From assembly GCA_934446065.1 (NCBI GenBank), contig CAKSDP010000003.1, forward strand, positions 35,349-99,348: a stretch of DNA of 64,000 nt, given 5' to 3'. Shown here in pieces: positions 10,517 to 19,783 of this stretch. The translations under genes were made by a program, and so were the position numbers. This stretch comes from an uncultured Eubacteriales bacterium. Lineage in GTDB: Bacteria > Bacillota > Clostridia > Oscillospirales > CAG-272. The first letter of the stretch is position 1. Every line of letters begins with the position of its first letter. The notes beneath the pieces are model-generated. The model searched no databases. It saw only the letters and a program-made list of their open reading frames with translations, and was not told where the DNA came from.

Positions 10517-11289
10517 ACCTCTTTTACTGTGGATTCAAAGCTTTCGCGGCTTACATTGCCGTCGGTGGAATTTTTGAGATATATTAGAAACTCGCGATTT
10601 CCGTCGCCGCCGGTGACGGGAGATGCGGCAACACCGCAGACGGACAGTCCCGAATCGACTGCGCACTTTGCGACGCGCATCACCGCGAGCGCGTGAGATT
10701 TCGGGTCACGGACGATCCCGCCGTGCGAGAGCGCCGAGCGGTCAAGCTCAAACTGAGGCTTGACAAGTCCGACGTAGATACCGTCGGGGACAAGTATCTC
10801 GCCGATCTGCGGCAGAATAAGTGTTTGAGAGATAAACGAGACGTCGAGCACGGCGATATCGGCAGAATAGCCTACATCCTTCGATGTAAGAAATCTTGCG
10901 TTGAAGCCCTCGAGGGAGCGGACACGCGGATCAGACGCGATACGCGGATCAAGCTGACCGTGACCCGAATCGACTGCGCACACTGTTGCGGCGCCGCGTC
11001 GAAGCAGACAATCGGTAAATCCTCCGGTAGAGGCGCCGATATCGACCGCGCGCATATCCGCGACGTTTATGCCGAAACATTCGAACGCGAACTCGAGCTT
11101 TACGCCGCCGCGTCCGACATAGTCATGGACAAGTCCTGTAAGCGTGACGGTTTCGCTGCCCGAAAGCTCGAACGATGCTCTGCGGTCGGTTCTGCCGTCG
11201 ACTGAGACAAGTCCCGCCTTTATGCACTGCGCCGCCATGCTCCGACTCTTGACAAGCCCCGTTTCCTTGAGGTAGACGTCGAGCCGCAT
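10504..11289 (-). CDS. tlyA: TlyA-family 16S/23S rRNA 2'-O-methyltransferase (haemolysin-A-like); true start probably MRLDVYLK at 11289 overlapping ispA stop
   Basis: N-terminal S4 domain (RLDVYLKETGLVKSRSMAAQCIKAGLVSVDG) plus FtsJ-like SAM methyltransferase (AVDIGASTGGFTDCLL); ORF-track 26 aa N-extension lacks homology. Confidence 0.8.
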   Translation of the reverse strand: MRLDVYLKETGLVKSRSMAAQCIKAGLVSVDGRTDRRASFELSGSETVTLTGLVHDYVGRGGVKLEFAFECFGINVADMRAVDIGASTGGFTDCLLRRGAATVCAVDSGHGQLDPRIASDPRVRSLEGFNARFLTSKDVGYSADIAVLDVSFISQTLILPQIGEILVPDGIYVGLVKPQFELDRSALSHGGIVRDPKSHALAVMRVAKCAVDSGLSVCGVAASPVTGGDGNREFLIYLKNSTDGNVSRESFESTVKEVCRC

Positions 11290-12185
11290 CAGAATTTTCT
11301 CGTACAGAGGAAGCGTGCAAGGTCGGTGAGGGTCTCGCTGCCGGGCAGATCCTCGATCGCGCGGCACGCGGCTTCCGTCAGTCCGCGATACTCCTTTACC
11401 GCTTCGTCAGTTGTCATATAGTAGGTTGACGTATGCTTGTCGTTTTTCTCGTCGCTGCCGATCGGTTTACCTACAAGCGCCTCATCACCGATCACGTCGA
11501 GGACATCGTCCTGTATCTGGAAGGCAAGACCGAGTGCAATGCCGTAGGTTTGCAGGCTGTCAAGCACATCGTCGGAAGGCTCGTCCGTTGCGGCGTAATA
11601 GCCGGCAAACAGCGCCGCACAGATCAGCGCTCCTGTTTTGAGGTTATACATATGGCAGAGCTTTTCGTAATTGTCGATCGTACCGGAGAGGTCAAGCTCC
11701 TGACCGCCCGCCATTCCCGCGACACCGGAGAGTCTGCCGTAGCTGCGGCCGACTGTAACTGTTGCCGCAGGGGTAGCGAACTCGTTTGAGGCTACGGTCT
11801 GGAACGCAAGAGACAAGAGCGAATCTCCGGCAAGGAGAGCCACGGCTTCACCGAATGCCTTATGGCACGAGGGTTTTCCGCGCCGCATATCGTCGTTGTC
11901 CATAGCCGGAAGGTCGTCATGGATGAGCGAATAGGCGTGGATCATCTCGATCGCAGCCGCAAACGGCGCTGCCGCGTGCTCATCTGCCCCGAACATTCTT
12001 GCGGTCGCCATTGTAAGAAATGCGCGTATACGCTTTCCGCCTCCGAGGACGGAATATCTCATTGCATCCGCGAGCGGCGTCACGCCGATCGCATCGTATG
12101 AGAGATAGCCCTCAAGGACGCCCTCGATGAACTCGGAATTCTCTTGAAGCAGGGCTTTTACCCTGTCGAAATTGTACTCACTCAT
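11289..12185 (-). CDS. ispA: polyprenyl (farnesyl/geranylgeranyl) diphosphate synthase
   Basis: Two aspartate-rich motifs LIHDDLPAMDNDDMRRGKPSCH and FQIQDDVLDVIGD; 298 aa. Confidence 0.85.
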   Translation of the reverse strand: MSEYNFDRVKALLQENSEFIEGVLEGYLSYDAIGVTPLADAMRYSVLGGGKRIRAFLTMATARMFGADEHAAAPFAAAIEMIHAYSLIHDDLPAMDNDDMRRGKPSCHKAFGEAVALLAGDSLLSLAFQTVASNEFATPAATVTVGRSYGRLSGVAGMAGGQELDLSGTIDNYEKLCHMYNLKTGALICAALFAGYYAATDEPSDDVLDSLQTYGIALGLAFQIQDDVLDVIGDEALVGKPIGSDEKNDKHTSTYYMTTDEAVKEYRGLTEAACRAIEDLPGSETLTDLARFLCTRKF

Positions 12186-12436
12186 GCTCCCTGGACCCCC
12201 GATTCCGGTTTATTCTCATCCGCGATCTCACTTCCGTCGGATGTGAGGAAGCGTACCTTCTGCTCGGCACGGTCGAGCTTTGAATTGCACAGCTTTACGA
12301 GGGCGACGCCCTCCTCGAACACCTCGAGCGAACAGTCAAGCGGTGCGCCGCCGCTCTCAAGGTACTTGACTATCTCCTCAAGGCGCGCCATAGCCGCCTC
12401 GAACGTTAATTCCTTCTTTTCGTTATTTTCAGCCAT
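12182..12436 (-). CDS. xseB: exodeoxyribonuclease VII small subunit
   Basis: 84 aa helical protein, FEAAMARLEEIVKYLESG...LE motif typical of XseB; directly downstream of xseA with 4-nt overlap to ispA. Confidence 0.85.
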   Translation of the reverse strand: MAENNEKKELTFEAAMARLEEIVKYLESGGAPLDCSLEVFEEGVALVKLCNSKLDRAEQKVRFLTSDGSEIADENKPESGVQGA

Positions 12437-12468
12437 ACTGCCGATCCTTTCAGTTCATGTGCGCGGTG

Positions 12469-13692
12469 TCAGCGCGTCTCGTTTTTCGTTATTTCCCTGA
12501 CCTCTGCGCCGACCACACCGTCGCACAGACGCAGGTTTATTTTTTCGCCGGCGGCGAGCTGTGACACGCTCTTAACTATTTTTCCGTCGGTATCGTAGAC
12601 GGCGCCGTAGCCGCGCGTCAGCACCGCAAGCGGATCGAGCGCCGACAGCTTTCCTGCGGCAAGCGCGAGCGCTGCCCGTCCGTCCGAGGCTTTCTTCTGT
12701 GCCGACATATTGAGCTTCTCCGAGAAGTACGCAAGGGTCATGCGGCGCTCGTCGATCTGGTACGTCGGATCGGACAGTGTGCGCGTCTCCGAGTACCGCT
12801 TTAGCGTATCCCGCGCGGCGGCGATACGCTGCGAAAGCAGGGCGCTCTCGCGGCGGATTATGTTTGATATCTTATGCTTCAGCTCGGCTGTATCTGGTAC
12901 TGCGATCTCGGCTGCCGCAGACGGGGTCGGTGCGCGCATATCCGCGACGAAATCCGCGATCGTGAAGTCCGTTTCATGCCCGACAGCCGATATCACCGGT
13001 ATGGGCGACGCGGCGATCTTCCGTGCGAGCAGCTCGGAGTTGAACGCCCACAGATCCTCAATCGAACCGCCGCCGCGCCCGATTATTATAACGTCGGCAC
13101 TGCCGGTCTTTGCGAAATAGTCAAGCCCTGCGATAAGAGACGCGACAGCGCCCTCTCCCTGCACGAGCGCCGGATACACCGTCACCTCCGCAAACGGGAA
13201 GCGGCGTCCGGTAACGTTGATTATATCACGCACTGCGGCGCCGGTCGCCGAGGTTATTACCCCGACGCGCGAGGGAATCTTCGGCAGCGGGCGTTTGCGC
13301 TCGGCGGAAAACAGTCCCTCCGCCTCGAGCTTTCGCTTGAGCTGTTCGTATGCGATATACAGCGATCCGACGCCGTCCGGTTCAAGCGAATCGGCGTAGA
13401 GCTGATACTGGCCGTCCCGCACGAATGCGGATATTCTGCCGTGCGCCACGACGAGCATTCCGTTCTCCGGAACGAATGTCATTTTGGCAGCGGAGGATTT
13501 GAACATCACGGCACGGAGCGCCGAGGTATCGTCCTTCAGTGAAAAATAGTAGTGGCCCGTGCTGTAATGATTCTTGAAATTTGAAATTTCGCCCTTGATA
13601 TAGACATCGCGGAGCCGCACGTCTGCGTCAACGAGCGATTTCACGTACTCATTCAGTTGTGTTACGCTGAGCGCCGATGATACATCTGCCAT
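12469..13692 (-). CDS. xseA: exodeoxyribonuclease VII large subunit
   Basis: 407 aa; N-terminal OB fold (VYIKGEISNFKNHYSTGHYYFSLKD), catalytic core, conserved operon partner xseB. Confidence 0.88.
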   Translation of the reverse strand: MADVSSALSVTQLNEYVKSLVDADVRLRDVYIKGEISNFKNHYSTGHYYFSLKDDTSALRAVMFKSSAAKMTFVPENGMLVVAHGRISAFVRDGQYQLYADSLEPDGVGSLYIAYEQLKRKLEAEGLFSAERKRPLPKIPSRVGVITSATGAAVRDIINVTGRRFPFAEVTVYPALVQGEGAVASLIAGLDYFAKTGSADVIIIGRGGGSIEDLWAFNSELLARKIAASPIPVISAVGHETDFTIADFVADMRAPTPSAAAEIAVPDTAELKHKISNIIRRESALLSQRIAAARDTLKRYSETRTLSDPTYQIDERRMTLAYFSEKLNMSAQKKASDGRAALALAAGKLSALDPLAVLTRGYGAVYDTDGKIVKSVSQLAAGEKINLRLCDGVVGAEVREITKNETR

Positions 13693-13725
13693 TGCGTACT
13701 CCTTTCGGTTTGTTCGGATATATAT

Positions 13726-14679
13726 TTATTTCGTGCCGCACTCGCACATCTGTGTCAGAACGGCGATTCCGGCGGCGTTGTCGCAGGAATACTCCGGCTC
13801 GGCGAAATACCGATCCTCGCCCGACAGTCTGTCTCGGAGTATGCGGCAGCTCATTACGCCTCCGGCGAACACGACCGGGACCCGCCCGAATTTTTCGTAC
13901 ACGCCGTCAAACATTGCCGAGATGACGTCGCCGACGGCGCGGATCACAAATGCTGCCGTAAGCGTTCTGTCGCCGCTCGAGGCGTAAAGCTCGAGCGCCT
14001 TATTCTCAAGGCCGGAGAGATTGCACTCGATTCCGCGGACGGATATTCTCGCACGCGGTATCTTTGACGTACAGGCAAGGGCGAGTTTCTCCATCTCCCG
14101 CCCCGCGGGAAAATCAAGTCCCATAGCGACTCCGACGCGGTCGATGAGCTGACCCGCGTTGAGGTCAAGCGTACCGCCGACGGTCCTCGGGAATATGACC
14201 CGCTCGGGATCCGGCGTAACGCTTATGATATCGGTAGTACCGCCGGAGACGTGGAATGCCGCAAACTCACGTGCGGCAAGGTCACGCGCATCGGCTGAAT
14301 AAAGAGCGGCGGCGATATGCCCCGCCTGATGTGAAAAGCGGTGGAGCGGTACGCCATGCGCTGCCGCTGTCATTTCGGCAAGCGCAAGTCCGGTCATAAA
14401 GCACGGCATATACGAGCCTTCGGCATACGTGGGAGTTGCGGAAACGCCCACTGCGGCAACGGCGCCGCCGTGACGTTCAACGCACGCGCGGACGGCTGCT
14501 GCTGCGAACTCCGAATTTTTGATATGCTGAAACACGGCATCGCTCTGCCGCAGTCCGCGCTCGCTGGGCTTGACCGTCAGGAGCTGTCTGAAGCTCTCAA
14601 GCACGGTTCCGCTCTCGTCGGTGAGCGCAGCCGATGTGGTATAGTTGCTGGTATCTATACCGAGGTAGAGCTTACTCAT
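13726..14679 (-). CDS. Kae1/TsaD/YgjD-family (peptidase M22 'glycoprotease'-like) protein, divergent paralog; start probably MSKLYLGIDTS
   Basis: ASKHA fold signatures: LGIDTSNYTTSAAL, HQAGH (HxxxH metal motif), NLSGLEN, FAGGV, CDNAAGIA; about 317 aa, shorter than canonical TsaD. Confidence 0.5.
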   Translation of the reverse strand: MSKLYLGIDTSNYTTSAALTDESGTVLESFRQLLTVKPSERGLRQSDAVFQHIKNSEFAAAAVRACVERHGGAVAAVGVSATPTYAEGSYMPCFMTGLALAEMTAAAHGVPLHRFSHQAGHIAAALYSADARDLAAREFAAFHVSGGTTDIISVTPDPERVIFPRTVGGTLDLNAGQLIDRVGVAMGLDFPAGREMEKLALACTSKIPRARISVRGIECNLSGLENKALELYASSGDRTLTAAFVIRAVGDVISAMFDGVYEKFGRVPVVFAGGVMSCRILRDRLSGEDRYFAEPEYSCDNAAGIAVLTQMCECGTK

Positions 14680-15130
14680 CGGTGCTGTCAGCCGCAGGCT
14701 GCATTTCTGCCGGAGTCTCGACATCCGCCACATCGGGCAGATCCGCTGTCACGGCGCTGTTGAGGATACCGTTGACAAACGCCGGAGCGGTGTCGGCGTC
14801 GTATTTTTTCGCAAGCTCGACCGCCTCGTTTATCGCGATATTCGGTGCGAGGGATTTCACCTTGATATCGTACAGTGCAACGGTAAGTATAGCCTTTGTA
14901 ACGGGTGCGATACGATCCACGTTCCATCCATCGGCGAGCGAATCGATCATCTTCTCAAAGTATGCCTTCTCGGCGATGATATACTCAAGTCCCTTTTTGA
15001 TATAGCGGTAGTTCTCAAAGCCGCGCTCCTCGCGGGCGCTCTCATAGATATCGGCGGCACTTTTCTCCGGGCTGAATTCGGATTCATAGACAAGTGTGAA
15101 AAGTATGTCGCGCGCTTCTGATTTAGTCAT
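14672..15130 (-). CDS. nusB: transcription antitermination factor NusB (start at MTKSEARDILF)
   Basis: NusB helical fold motifs ARDILFTLVYESEF, ILTVALYD, ELAKKY; conserved upstream of xseA. Confidence 0.85.
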   Translation of the reverse strand: MTKSEARDILFTLVYESEFSPEKSAADIYESAREERGFENYRYIKKGLEYIIAEKAYFEKMIDSLADGWNVDRIAPVTKAILTVALYDIKVKSLAPNIAINEAVELAKKYDADTAPAFVNGILNSAVTADLPDVADVETPAEMQPAADSTDE

Positions 15131-15257
15131 AAAAAACCTTTCCTTTGCCGGGAAATTTTCAGGCAAGCTCTGATTTGCGGCTGTGTATTATATTTCAATG
15201 TATATTATACATCCATATGCATAAAAAGTCAATGAAGATACAAACAAAACAGGTGTG

Positions 15258-15298
15258 CAAAGGACACAAAAACGGAGCCGACGTAAGTGTCAGCTCCG
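15258..15298 (-). terminator. rho-independent terminator after divIC
   Basis: Minus-strand hairpin GGAGCTGAC/GTCGGCTCC (1 mismatch) followed by GTTTTTGTGTCCTTTG. Confidence 0.5.
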
Positions 15299-15329
15299 CT
15301 TATCGGTTAAAGTTCGATCGTCTGCCGTA

Positions 15330-15611
15330 TCAGTCGGCAAGATCATTATAAAACACGACCTCGTCGGGAAGCACAAGTCCAAGCTTTTCCTTGGCAACGC
15401 CCTCGACGTACTCGTCGTCAAAATCGGCGGCAAGCCTGTTTTTCAGTCGGCGGACATACGCCTCCGACTCCTCAACGCTTGCTTTTACCTCCGTGTATTC
15501 ACGGCTGAGATCATTCAGCTCAAGTTTGAGTCTGAACAGGGTAACAACACAGAATGCGCAGAAAACGACCAGCACGAGTTTAATTATCGCGCGCGGTTTT
15601 CGGGTCATCAC
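15330..15611 (-). CDS. divIC: septum formation initiator DivIC/FtsB family
   Basis: 93 aa; N-terminal TM helix then coiled coil (ELNDLSREYTEVKASVEESEAYVRRLKN) and C-terminal DEVVFY motif; follows yabP-yabQ as in Bacillus. Confidence 0.75.
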   Translation of the reverse strand: MMTRKPRAIIKLVLVVFCAFCVVTLFRLKLELNDLSREYTEVKASVEESEAYVRRLKNRLAADFDDEYVEGVAKEKLGLVLPDEVVFYNDLAD

Positions 15612-16233
15612 CGGTCACCTCACTAATTTCCGTAAATTTTATACTTCGTTCGAGCGAACGTCTCACGCGCTCGGTATATGCATATGCCACACGGCGATGC
15701 AGGGCGGAAAAGAACGGACGAAACAGCCGCCTGCAAAGGAACGCCGCAAATTTTTTCGCCGCCTTAGCGGCAACGCGGACCGGCAACACGAGAATCTCGC
15801 AGAGATAGCGCAGCGCTGCACGAACCGCCCAGAAGCTCACCTCAAACACAGAGATGACGAGTCGGCTCACGGTCAGGTGATACACGAGAAAACCTGCACC
15901 GGACATGAGCAGATAATACCATCTGACACGCCCCTGATTCGTATGCGTGATGAACACGGCATACATGGCGGCGGAAAGAAGCGAATAGACTATATCCCCG
16001 AAAAGCATCAGCAAAAACGACGCGCCGCGTCCGCGGGCGAGCCGCAGGTACGCACGCTTTTCGCGGATGATCGGCAGACGCATGGAATACAGCCGCTGCG
16101 ACACGGCAGAGCTTCTGCCGACGCCGCAGACTATACGCACAAGGCAGACGGCATCATACACGACACCGAGAAATATTCCGAAGAAAAACGAATAGACCAT
16201 GAGCCAAAGCTCATGCGAAAGCGAGATCGTCAT
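15580..16233 (-). CDS. yabQ: spore cortex/coat biosynthesis membrane protein YabQ
   Basis: 217 aa polytopic membrane protein immediately downstream of yabP with overlap; positional equivalence to B. subtilis yabQ. Confidence 0.6.
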   Translation of the reverse strand: MTISLSHELWLMVYSFFFGIFLGVVYDAVCLVRIVCGVGRSSAVSQRLYSMRLPIIREKRAYLRLARGRGASFLLMLFGDIVYSLLSAAMYAVFITHTNQGRVRWYYLLMSGAGFLVYHLTVSRLVISVFEVSFWAVRAALRYLCEILVLPVRVAAKAAKKFAAFLCRRLFRPFFSALHRRVAYAYTERVRRSLERSIKFTEISEVTGDDPKTARDN

Positions 16234-16511
16234 AAACCTTTGCCGGAGCGCTTTTTATCCCGCTTGCGGCGAGGTGTATCGTCAAAATACGCTATGCTGT
16301 CGATCTTTCCGAGGATCGTTAGAATTCCCTTCTCAGCGGAAAAATTCTCGATTTTAAGCTCCTCGCCCTCGACGGAAATATCTCCCATCGATGAGTGGAG
16401 GGTCACAAGATTATCGTCAAAGCTGAGCACATCGTCAACGCCTGTAAGCTCCGCCTGTCTGCGGTCAGACAGCGTTATCTTATGTACTCCGAATACATTT
16501 TCACCGTTCAT
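16230..16511 (-). CDS. yabP: sporulation protein YabP
   Basis: 93 aa; HKITLSDRRQAELTGVDDVLSFDDNLVTLHSSMGDISVEGEELKIENFS matches YabP family. Confidence 0.75.
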   Translation of the reverse strand: MNGENVFGVHKITLSDRRQAELTGVDDVLSFDDNLVTLHSSMGDISVEGEELKIENFSAEKGILTILGKIDSIAYFDDTPRRKRDKKRSGKGL

Positions 16512-16571
16512 ACAAATCCGCCTCCGAATATGATACTATATCATATTCGCAAAAGGTGGGATTTATGACAG

Positions 16572-16814
16572 TCAGGAGATCACCTCATAGAGAGACGCGG
16601 CGTCATTCTTTCCGACATTTTCGCGAACGTCGGTCACGCGGACGCTCAGCTTTCTCTCACCGAATGCGACCTCGATGGTGTCGCCTACTGCGACATCATA
16701 GGACGCGCGTGCGACCTTTCCGTTGACAGAGACGTGACCCGCGTCACAGGCGTCGTTCGCGACGGTACGTCTCTTTATGATTCTCGATATTTTCAGGAAT
16801 TTGTCAAGTCTCAT
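16572..16814 (-). CDS. yabO: S4-domain RNA-binding protein (YabO/Hsp15-like)
   Basis: 80 aa; MRLDKFLKISRIIKRRTVANDACDAGHVSVNG S4 motif; position between hup and yabP. Confidence 0.75.
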   Translation of the reverse strand: MRLDKFLKISRIIKRRTVANDACDAGHVSVNGKVARASYDVAVGDTIEVAFGERKLSVRVTDVRENVGKNDAASLYEVIS

Positions 16815-16888
16815 GAAATACCCTTAATACGGCAAAGGGCGGCTCCGGTTTTCCAAAGCTGCCCTACTTGCTCATACTTGAATGACAA

Positions 16889-17164
16889 TTATTTATTAAC
16901 CTTGTCCTTGAGATCTCTGCCGGCAGAGAAAACAGGCTGCTTGGATGCGGGAATAGTGATTGCAGCACCGGTTGCGGGGTTGCGGCCCATGCGCTCGCCT
17001 CTCTCTTTAACTGCAAAGGAACCGAAGCCTACGAGCTGTACCTTCTCGCCCTCTGCAAGAGCGGTCTCAATAGCGGAAATAACGCTGTTAACTGCTGCCT
17101 CTGCATCCTTTCTCTTGAGACCTGCGTCCTTGGAAACGACGTCAATAAGCTGAGATTTGTTCAT
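16889..17164 (-). CDS. hup: DNA-binding protein HU (start at MNKSQLID)
   Basis: HU/IHF signature GFGSFAVKERGERMGRNPATG; 91 aa from internal Met; ORF-track 15 aa N-extension unlikely. Confidence 0.9.
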   Translation of the reverse strand: MNKSQLIDVVSKDAGLKRKDAEAAVNSVISAIETALAEGEKVQLVGFGSFAVKERGERMGRNPATGAAITIPASKQPVFSAGRDLKDKVNK

Positions 17165-17299
17165 AATAATTATCCTTCCGAAATTTTTTCTGTAAGGCTT
17201 TTTGAACAAACATCAAAAAACCACTGTACAAGCATTATACCACCACACGGCGGGATTTGCAAGTATTATTGCATAAATTTATTAATTTTTTTTGAAAAT

Positions 17300-18118
17300 T
17301 TAGTTATTTTTTCTTTTCGCGGCGTTCCATGCGTCGAGAAGTTCATCATTTGTCATATTTTCGAGTTTACGTCCGCCGGAGTGCGCGATATTCTCCACCT
17401 CGGCGAACCTGTTCGTGAATTTTTCCGACGCGCGGTTCAGCGCGACCTCACTGTCAACTCCGGCGAGACGCGCCACGTTCGTCACGGCAAACAAAAGATC
17501 GCCGATCTCCTCTTCGATATGGTCAAAGTTCTCCGGTAAAACGAGCGCTTCGTCCACTTCCCCGGCTTCCTCGGTGATCTTCGTCATCGCCTCGGCTGCG
17601 GACTCAAAATCAAATCCGGCTTTCGCCGCACGTCCCGCGATCTTCTGCGCACGCATGAGCGCGGGGAGCGAGTGCGGAACGGCGCGCATCGTATCGGTCA
17701 CGCTGCGTCGTTCGGTTTTCTCCTTTTTCTTCGCTTTCTCCCAGATTCCGAGGACATCACCGCTCGTCTCGGCGGTCTTGTCACCGAAAACGTGCGGATG
17801 GCGGTACACGAGCTTACGGGCGATGCCGTCGATCACGTCGTCGAGCGTGAAGTCGCCCGCCTCCTCCTCGATCCTTGCGTGAAAGACTACCTGAAGCAGC
17901 ACATCGCCGAGCTCCTCGCACAGCAGCGCCGCGTCATCGGTATCGATCGCATCGACAGCCTCATACGTTTCCTCGATAAAGCTTTGGCGGATTGATTTAT
18001 GAGTCTGCTCGCGATCCCACGGGCAGCCGTTCTCCGAACGGAGTATCGCCATGATCTCGCGAAGCGCGTCTATATCATATTTCTCGCACTTCAGTATTTT
18101 TTCAATATTCCATTCCAT
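17300..18118 (-). CDS. mazG: nucleoside triphosphate pyrophosphohydrolase MazG
   Basis: Tandem MazG domains: EETYEAVDAIDTDD..EELGDVLLQVVFHA and EEAGEVDEA..EEIGDLLFAVTNVAR. Confidence 0.85.
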   Translation of the reverse strand: MEWNIEKILKCEKYDIDALREIMAILRSENGCPWDREQTHKSIRQSFIEETYEAVDAIDTDDAALLCEELGDVLLQVVFHARIEEEAGDFTLDDVIDGIARKLVYRHPHVFGDKTAETSGDVLGIWEKAKKKEKTERRSVTDTMRAVPHSLPALMRAQKIAGRAAKAGFDFESAAEAMTKITEEAGEVDEALVLPENFDHIEEEIGDLLFAVTNVARLAGVDSEVALNRASEKFTNRFAEVENIAHSGGRKLENMTNDELLDAWNAAKRKNN

Positions 18119-18138
18119 TTCAAAGTCCTCCGTAAAGC

Positions 18139-19773
18139 TCAGTCTCTGAGCAGATGTGCGCGTCCAAGTGCCGCGCTGATCTTATCACCCTTGGGCAGGA
18201 GCCGGACATCTTCGGCAACGACCGCTCCGGTGAAGAAAATAAGGAACAGATACACGATTCCGGCGCACGCGATCGCAACGAGGGTTGACACGGTGTTTCC
18301 GGTAAATCTCGACACGAGAGCATAGCTGCCGAGCGCGGTTGCGGCGCACAGCAAGCCGCAGATGAACGGACGCAGGAACACGCGCCTTATATTCGGGACG
18401 ATATCGGCGTACTTTGACACAAATCTGAAATTGAGGCAGGTGACTGTCAGATAGCACAAAAACGTACTGATCGGCGTTCCTCTCATTCCGATGATCTGAA
18501 TGAGGAAATAGTTTGACACGACCTTGACGACTGCGCCGCAGAGCATTGAAATTACCGGTTTACGCTCCTTGCCGCACGCCTGCAATATTGCGTTTGTGAT
18601 CGAAAGGATGCAGACGAAAAGCGACGATGGTGCAAGCAGGCGCAGCAGCGGATACGCCATCTCGACCGAGGACTCCACACGAAAGAAGAGGCTTAGGATC
18701 GGGCGGGCGAGCGCCGACATACCGAATGCGCAGGGCACGCCGATCAGCACTGCTACGCGGAGCGCCGATTCCATGATCGTGCGGGTGCGTTTTTTATCGC
18801 CTTGGCTGTGCGCGACGGACAGCAGCGGAATTATTGCGGCGGAGATCGGGTATACGAGCACCGGCGGGAGGTTGAACATCGGAACGGCGAGGGTCGTATA
18901 GTTGCCGTAAACGGTGGTCGCCTCGAGCTGGCTCATGCCGGTCTCCTGGAGGAGACGCTGCACGATCACCATGTCGATCATATTCGTAAGGCTCATAACG
19001 GAGGCGCTGATCGTTATGGGGAGCGCCACCTTTACAAGTCTTGCAAGGATCTTCGAGGTAGGTGTGGTTTCGTCGGAAACGCCTGCTATTTCAACGAATT
19101 CGGCGGTATATCTCGTTTCCTTGAACAGAAGCTTTGATATACAGAGGAATATCATTCCGAGCCCCGCGCCGATCGTCAGTCCGAACGCGGCATACGCTGC
19201 GACTATGTGGATCGGATAATTCTGATCGATGGCGTACAGCGCGAGGACGATTCCGACGGCGAGCTTGCAGAGCGCCTCGATCAGCTCCGACACCGCTGTC
19301 GGCACCATCTGCTGAAAGCCCTGAAAATAGCCGCGAAGGGCGCTTGAAATGCAGATAAAGAACAATGTGGGCGCGATGGCCATGATGCAGGCGCTCGTCG
19401 GAGACGCCTTGAGCATTGAAGCAAACGAATCGGCGCCGAATATCATCGCAAGCATTCCGACAAGGCCGATGGCAAAGAACAGCGCCACCGTTGTGCGGAA
19501 TATCTTCTTGATCTGGCGGAGCTGACCTTTTGTCCGCGATTCCGATATGAGTATTGACACGGCGATCGGGAGACCCGACGTTGAGATCATATAAAAGAAT
19601 GTATAGATCGTATACGCGGAGGTGTAGTACCCCATTCCCGTATCGCCGACGACCTTGTTCATCGGTATCTTGAACAAAAGTCCTATCGCCTTAACGAGAA
19701 GGTTGGCAACGGTCAGCACCACAACTCCGGAGAAGAACAGCTTCGTTGAATTCTTGACCTTATTCTGCTTCAT
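18139..19773 (-). CDS. MOP-superfamily polysaccharide/lipid-II flippase-like membrane protein (SpoVB/YabM-like)
   Basis: 544 aa, about 14 TM segments, N-terminal KAIGLLFKIPMNKVVGDTGMGYYTSAYTIY typical of SpoVB/MurJ-type exporters; position upstream of mazG as yabM in Bacillus. Confidence 0.7.
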   Translation of the reverse strand: MKQNKVKNSTKLFFSGVVVLTVANLLVKAIGLLFKIPMNKVVGDTGMGYYTSAYTIYTFFYMISTSGLPIAVSILISESRTKGQLRQIKKIFRTTVALFFAIGLVGMLAMIFGADSFASMLKASPTSACIMAIAPTLFFICISSALRGYFQGFQQMVPTAVSELIEALCKLAVGIVLALYAIDQNYPIHIVAAYAAFGLTIGAGLGMIFLCISKLLFKETRYTAEFVEIAGVSDETTPTSKILARLVKVALPITISASVMSLTNMIDMVIVQRLLQETGMSQLEATTVYGNYTTLAVPMFNLPPVLVYPISAAIIPLLSVAHSQGDKKRTRTIMESALRVAVLIGVPCAFGMSALARPILSLFFRVESSVEMAYPLLRLLAPSSLFVCILSITNAILQACGKERKPVISMLCGAVVKVVSNYFLIQIIGMRGTPISTFLCYLTVTCLNFRFVSKYADIVPNIRRVFLRPFICGLLCAATALGSYALVSRFTGNTVSTLVAIACAGIVYLFLIFFTGAVVAEDVRLLPKGDKISAALGRAHLLRD

Positions 19774-19783
19774 TCACAGCTCC

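Noticed and set aside
10504-11367. Longer TlyA ORF with 26-aa N-terminal extension overlapping ispA by 79 nt
   Set aside because: The S4 domain begins exactly at the internal Met (MRLDVYLK), which overlaps the ispA stop in the usual ATGA/TAATG fashion. The extension is an antisense-like low-complexity read.
9136-13692. Absence of dxs between ispA and tlyA in the otherwise Bacillus-like xseA-xseB-ispA-(dxs)-tlyA-nadK-argR-recN block
   Set aside because: The gene order is otherwise conserved and dxs location is variable among Clostridia. Nothing in the sequence suggests a deletion scar (ispA stop and tlyA start overlap cleanly).
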